Source: a virus
Reading direction: 5' to 3' (one strand)
IMG/VR virus record: IMGVR_UViG_3300050119_000104
Span: 1-64,000 of that record
DNA: 64,000 nucleotides
In this document: positions 63,014 through 64,000 of the stretch, in pieces
Position numbering within the stretch: position 1 is the stretch's first letter
How the letters are laid out: each line of letters opens with the position of its first letter
The notes under the pieces: model-generated
The model's input: only the letters and a program-made list of their open reading frames with translations
What the model was told of the DNA's origin: nothing
The model's database searches: none
Made by a program: the position numbers and the translations under genes

Positions 63014-63586
63014 ATGGCTGGATTTCTCGATATTGAGGGCAGTTTAACCTCCCCCAACATAGGCAATTATTACATCGGCCGTGGCGTGGTCTCAATCAAA
63101 GTTCTCGGTGAGGAAGTATTCACTGATTGCGGCAACTGCCCGACGTTCGAATTCTTGGCGAAGGTAACGCAACTCGATCACTATTCGAGTCGTTCCGGTG
63201 TCCGCGTCAAGGATTTCGTCGCGACTACGCAAATCAGCGGCATGCTGACGATGGTCCTTGAGGAATTCACCGCGCGCAACATGGGTTTCGCTATGCTTGG
63301 GGTCACCCCGACCGTTGGCAGCGGTCCGTCGCCGTTGGAGGAAACCCTCGACATCTTCTCGACGCCCGTCCTGTACGCCGCCGTGCAATTCGTTGGCGAC
63401 TCGCTCGTCGGCCCGGCATGGACGGTTGAATTCCCGCTCGTGCAACTGACCCCGAACAAGGCCATTTCGTTGATCGGCAATACCTGGGGCACGCTCGATC
63501 TACAGGGCGACGTTCTGTTCGACCAAGCCAGCGGCACTTTCGGCACTGCATTCGTCTCGCTGCCGAATAGCCCGGTCAAGGACTAA
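63014..63586 (+). CDS. Major tail tube protein
   Basis: YYIGRG.V, DCGNCPTFE, DHYSSRSG, LEEFTARN pattern. Confidence 0.75.
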   Translation: MAGFLDIEGSLTSPNIGNYYIGRGVVSIKVLGEEVFTDCGNCPTFEFLAKVTQLDHYSSRSGVRVKDFVATTQISGMLTMVLEEFTARNMGFAMLGVTPTVGSGPSPLEETLDIFSTPVLYAAVQFVGDSLVGPAWTVEFPLVQLTPNKAISLIGNTWGTLDLQGDVLFDQASGTFGTAFVSLPNSPVKD

Positions 63587-63687
63587 ATACGCAAGCGCGT
63601 ATATTTTGACTTTAAGCGCACTCGCGTATAAAAAGGTCGGCACCTGCGTGTAGGGTGCCGACATCTGCACACCCCCCGGAGGCTCCC

Positions 63688-64000
63688 AATGACAGATCAA
63701 CCGCAACCGCGTCCCTTCCCCGTCAAAGACTCAGGCGTAAAGCCTTTCGATCCCGCTCGGGAACAAAATGTGGCTTTGGACGCCAGCGCAACAGGCGCCC
63801 CGTGGCCCTTCCCAGGAGCCCACACAGCCGATCCTGCGCCTGCCGCCCCACATACCCAGCCAACACCTGCGGCCGTCCCTGCGACGCCCGGTGCCCCGCC
63901 TGCGGTCAATTCCCCGGTGTCGGAGCCTGCGACTGCGCCGCTCCCGGCCGCCGTGCATGCCGCGCCCCCGAGCAAGACCTCGCAAGAGCGGCTACTCATC
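63688..64000 (+). CDS. Pro/Ala-rich ORF truncated by window end
   Basis: GGAGG RBS then ATG 63688 (MTDQPQPRPF...); open to the edge. Confidence 0.5.

Overview
A 64-kb segment of a tailed dsDNA phage genome, probably infecting an Alphaproteobacterium (it carries a usg homolog and a DUF3309-like gene). Layout: replication genes (primase-polymerase/helicase), a leftward accessory block, an AT-rich divergent non-coding region (12.8-13.7 kb), about 17 kb of small early ORFs, a cluster of short Gly-rich ORFs sharing an N-terminal motif, and the morphogenesis module. That module holds the terminases (TerL with an intein that hides an out-of-frame HNH gene), portal, putative head-packaged effectors, scaffold, a collagen-fibre/glycosyltransferase cassette, major capsid, head-tail and tail-tube genes. 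Two RNA-guided systems stand out. (1) An IS1595 (ISSod11-type) transposon family: one autonomous element with cargo genes, a TnpB gene bracketed by the same terminal inverted repeats (TIRs), and nine ~235-256-bp MITEs. The MITE interior is a promoter plus a covarying structured RNA whose 3' core is homologous to the TnpB omega-RNA region, so these look like mobile stand-alone omega-RNA cassettes. (2) A TIGR-like dual-repeat array (36-37-nt units) directly downstream of a Nop/IS110-like Tas-type gene that the IS1595 element has split. A conventional IS605 (tnpA+tnpB) sits in the head module. All family assignments come from motif recognition by eye; no database searches were run.
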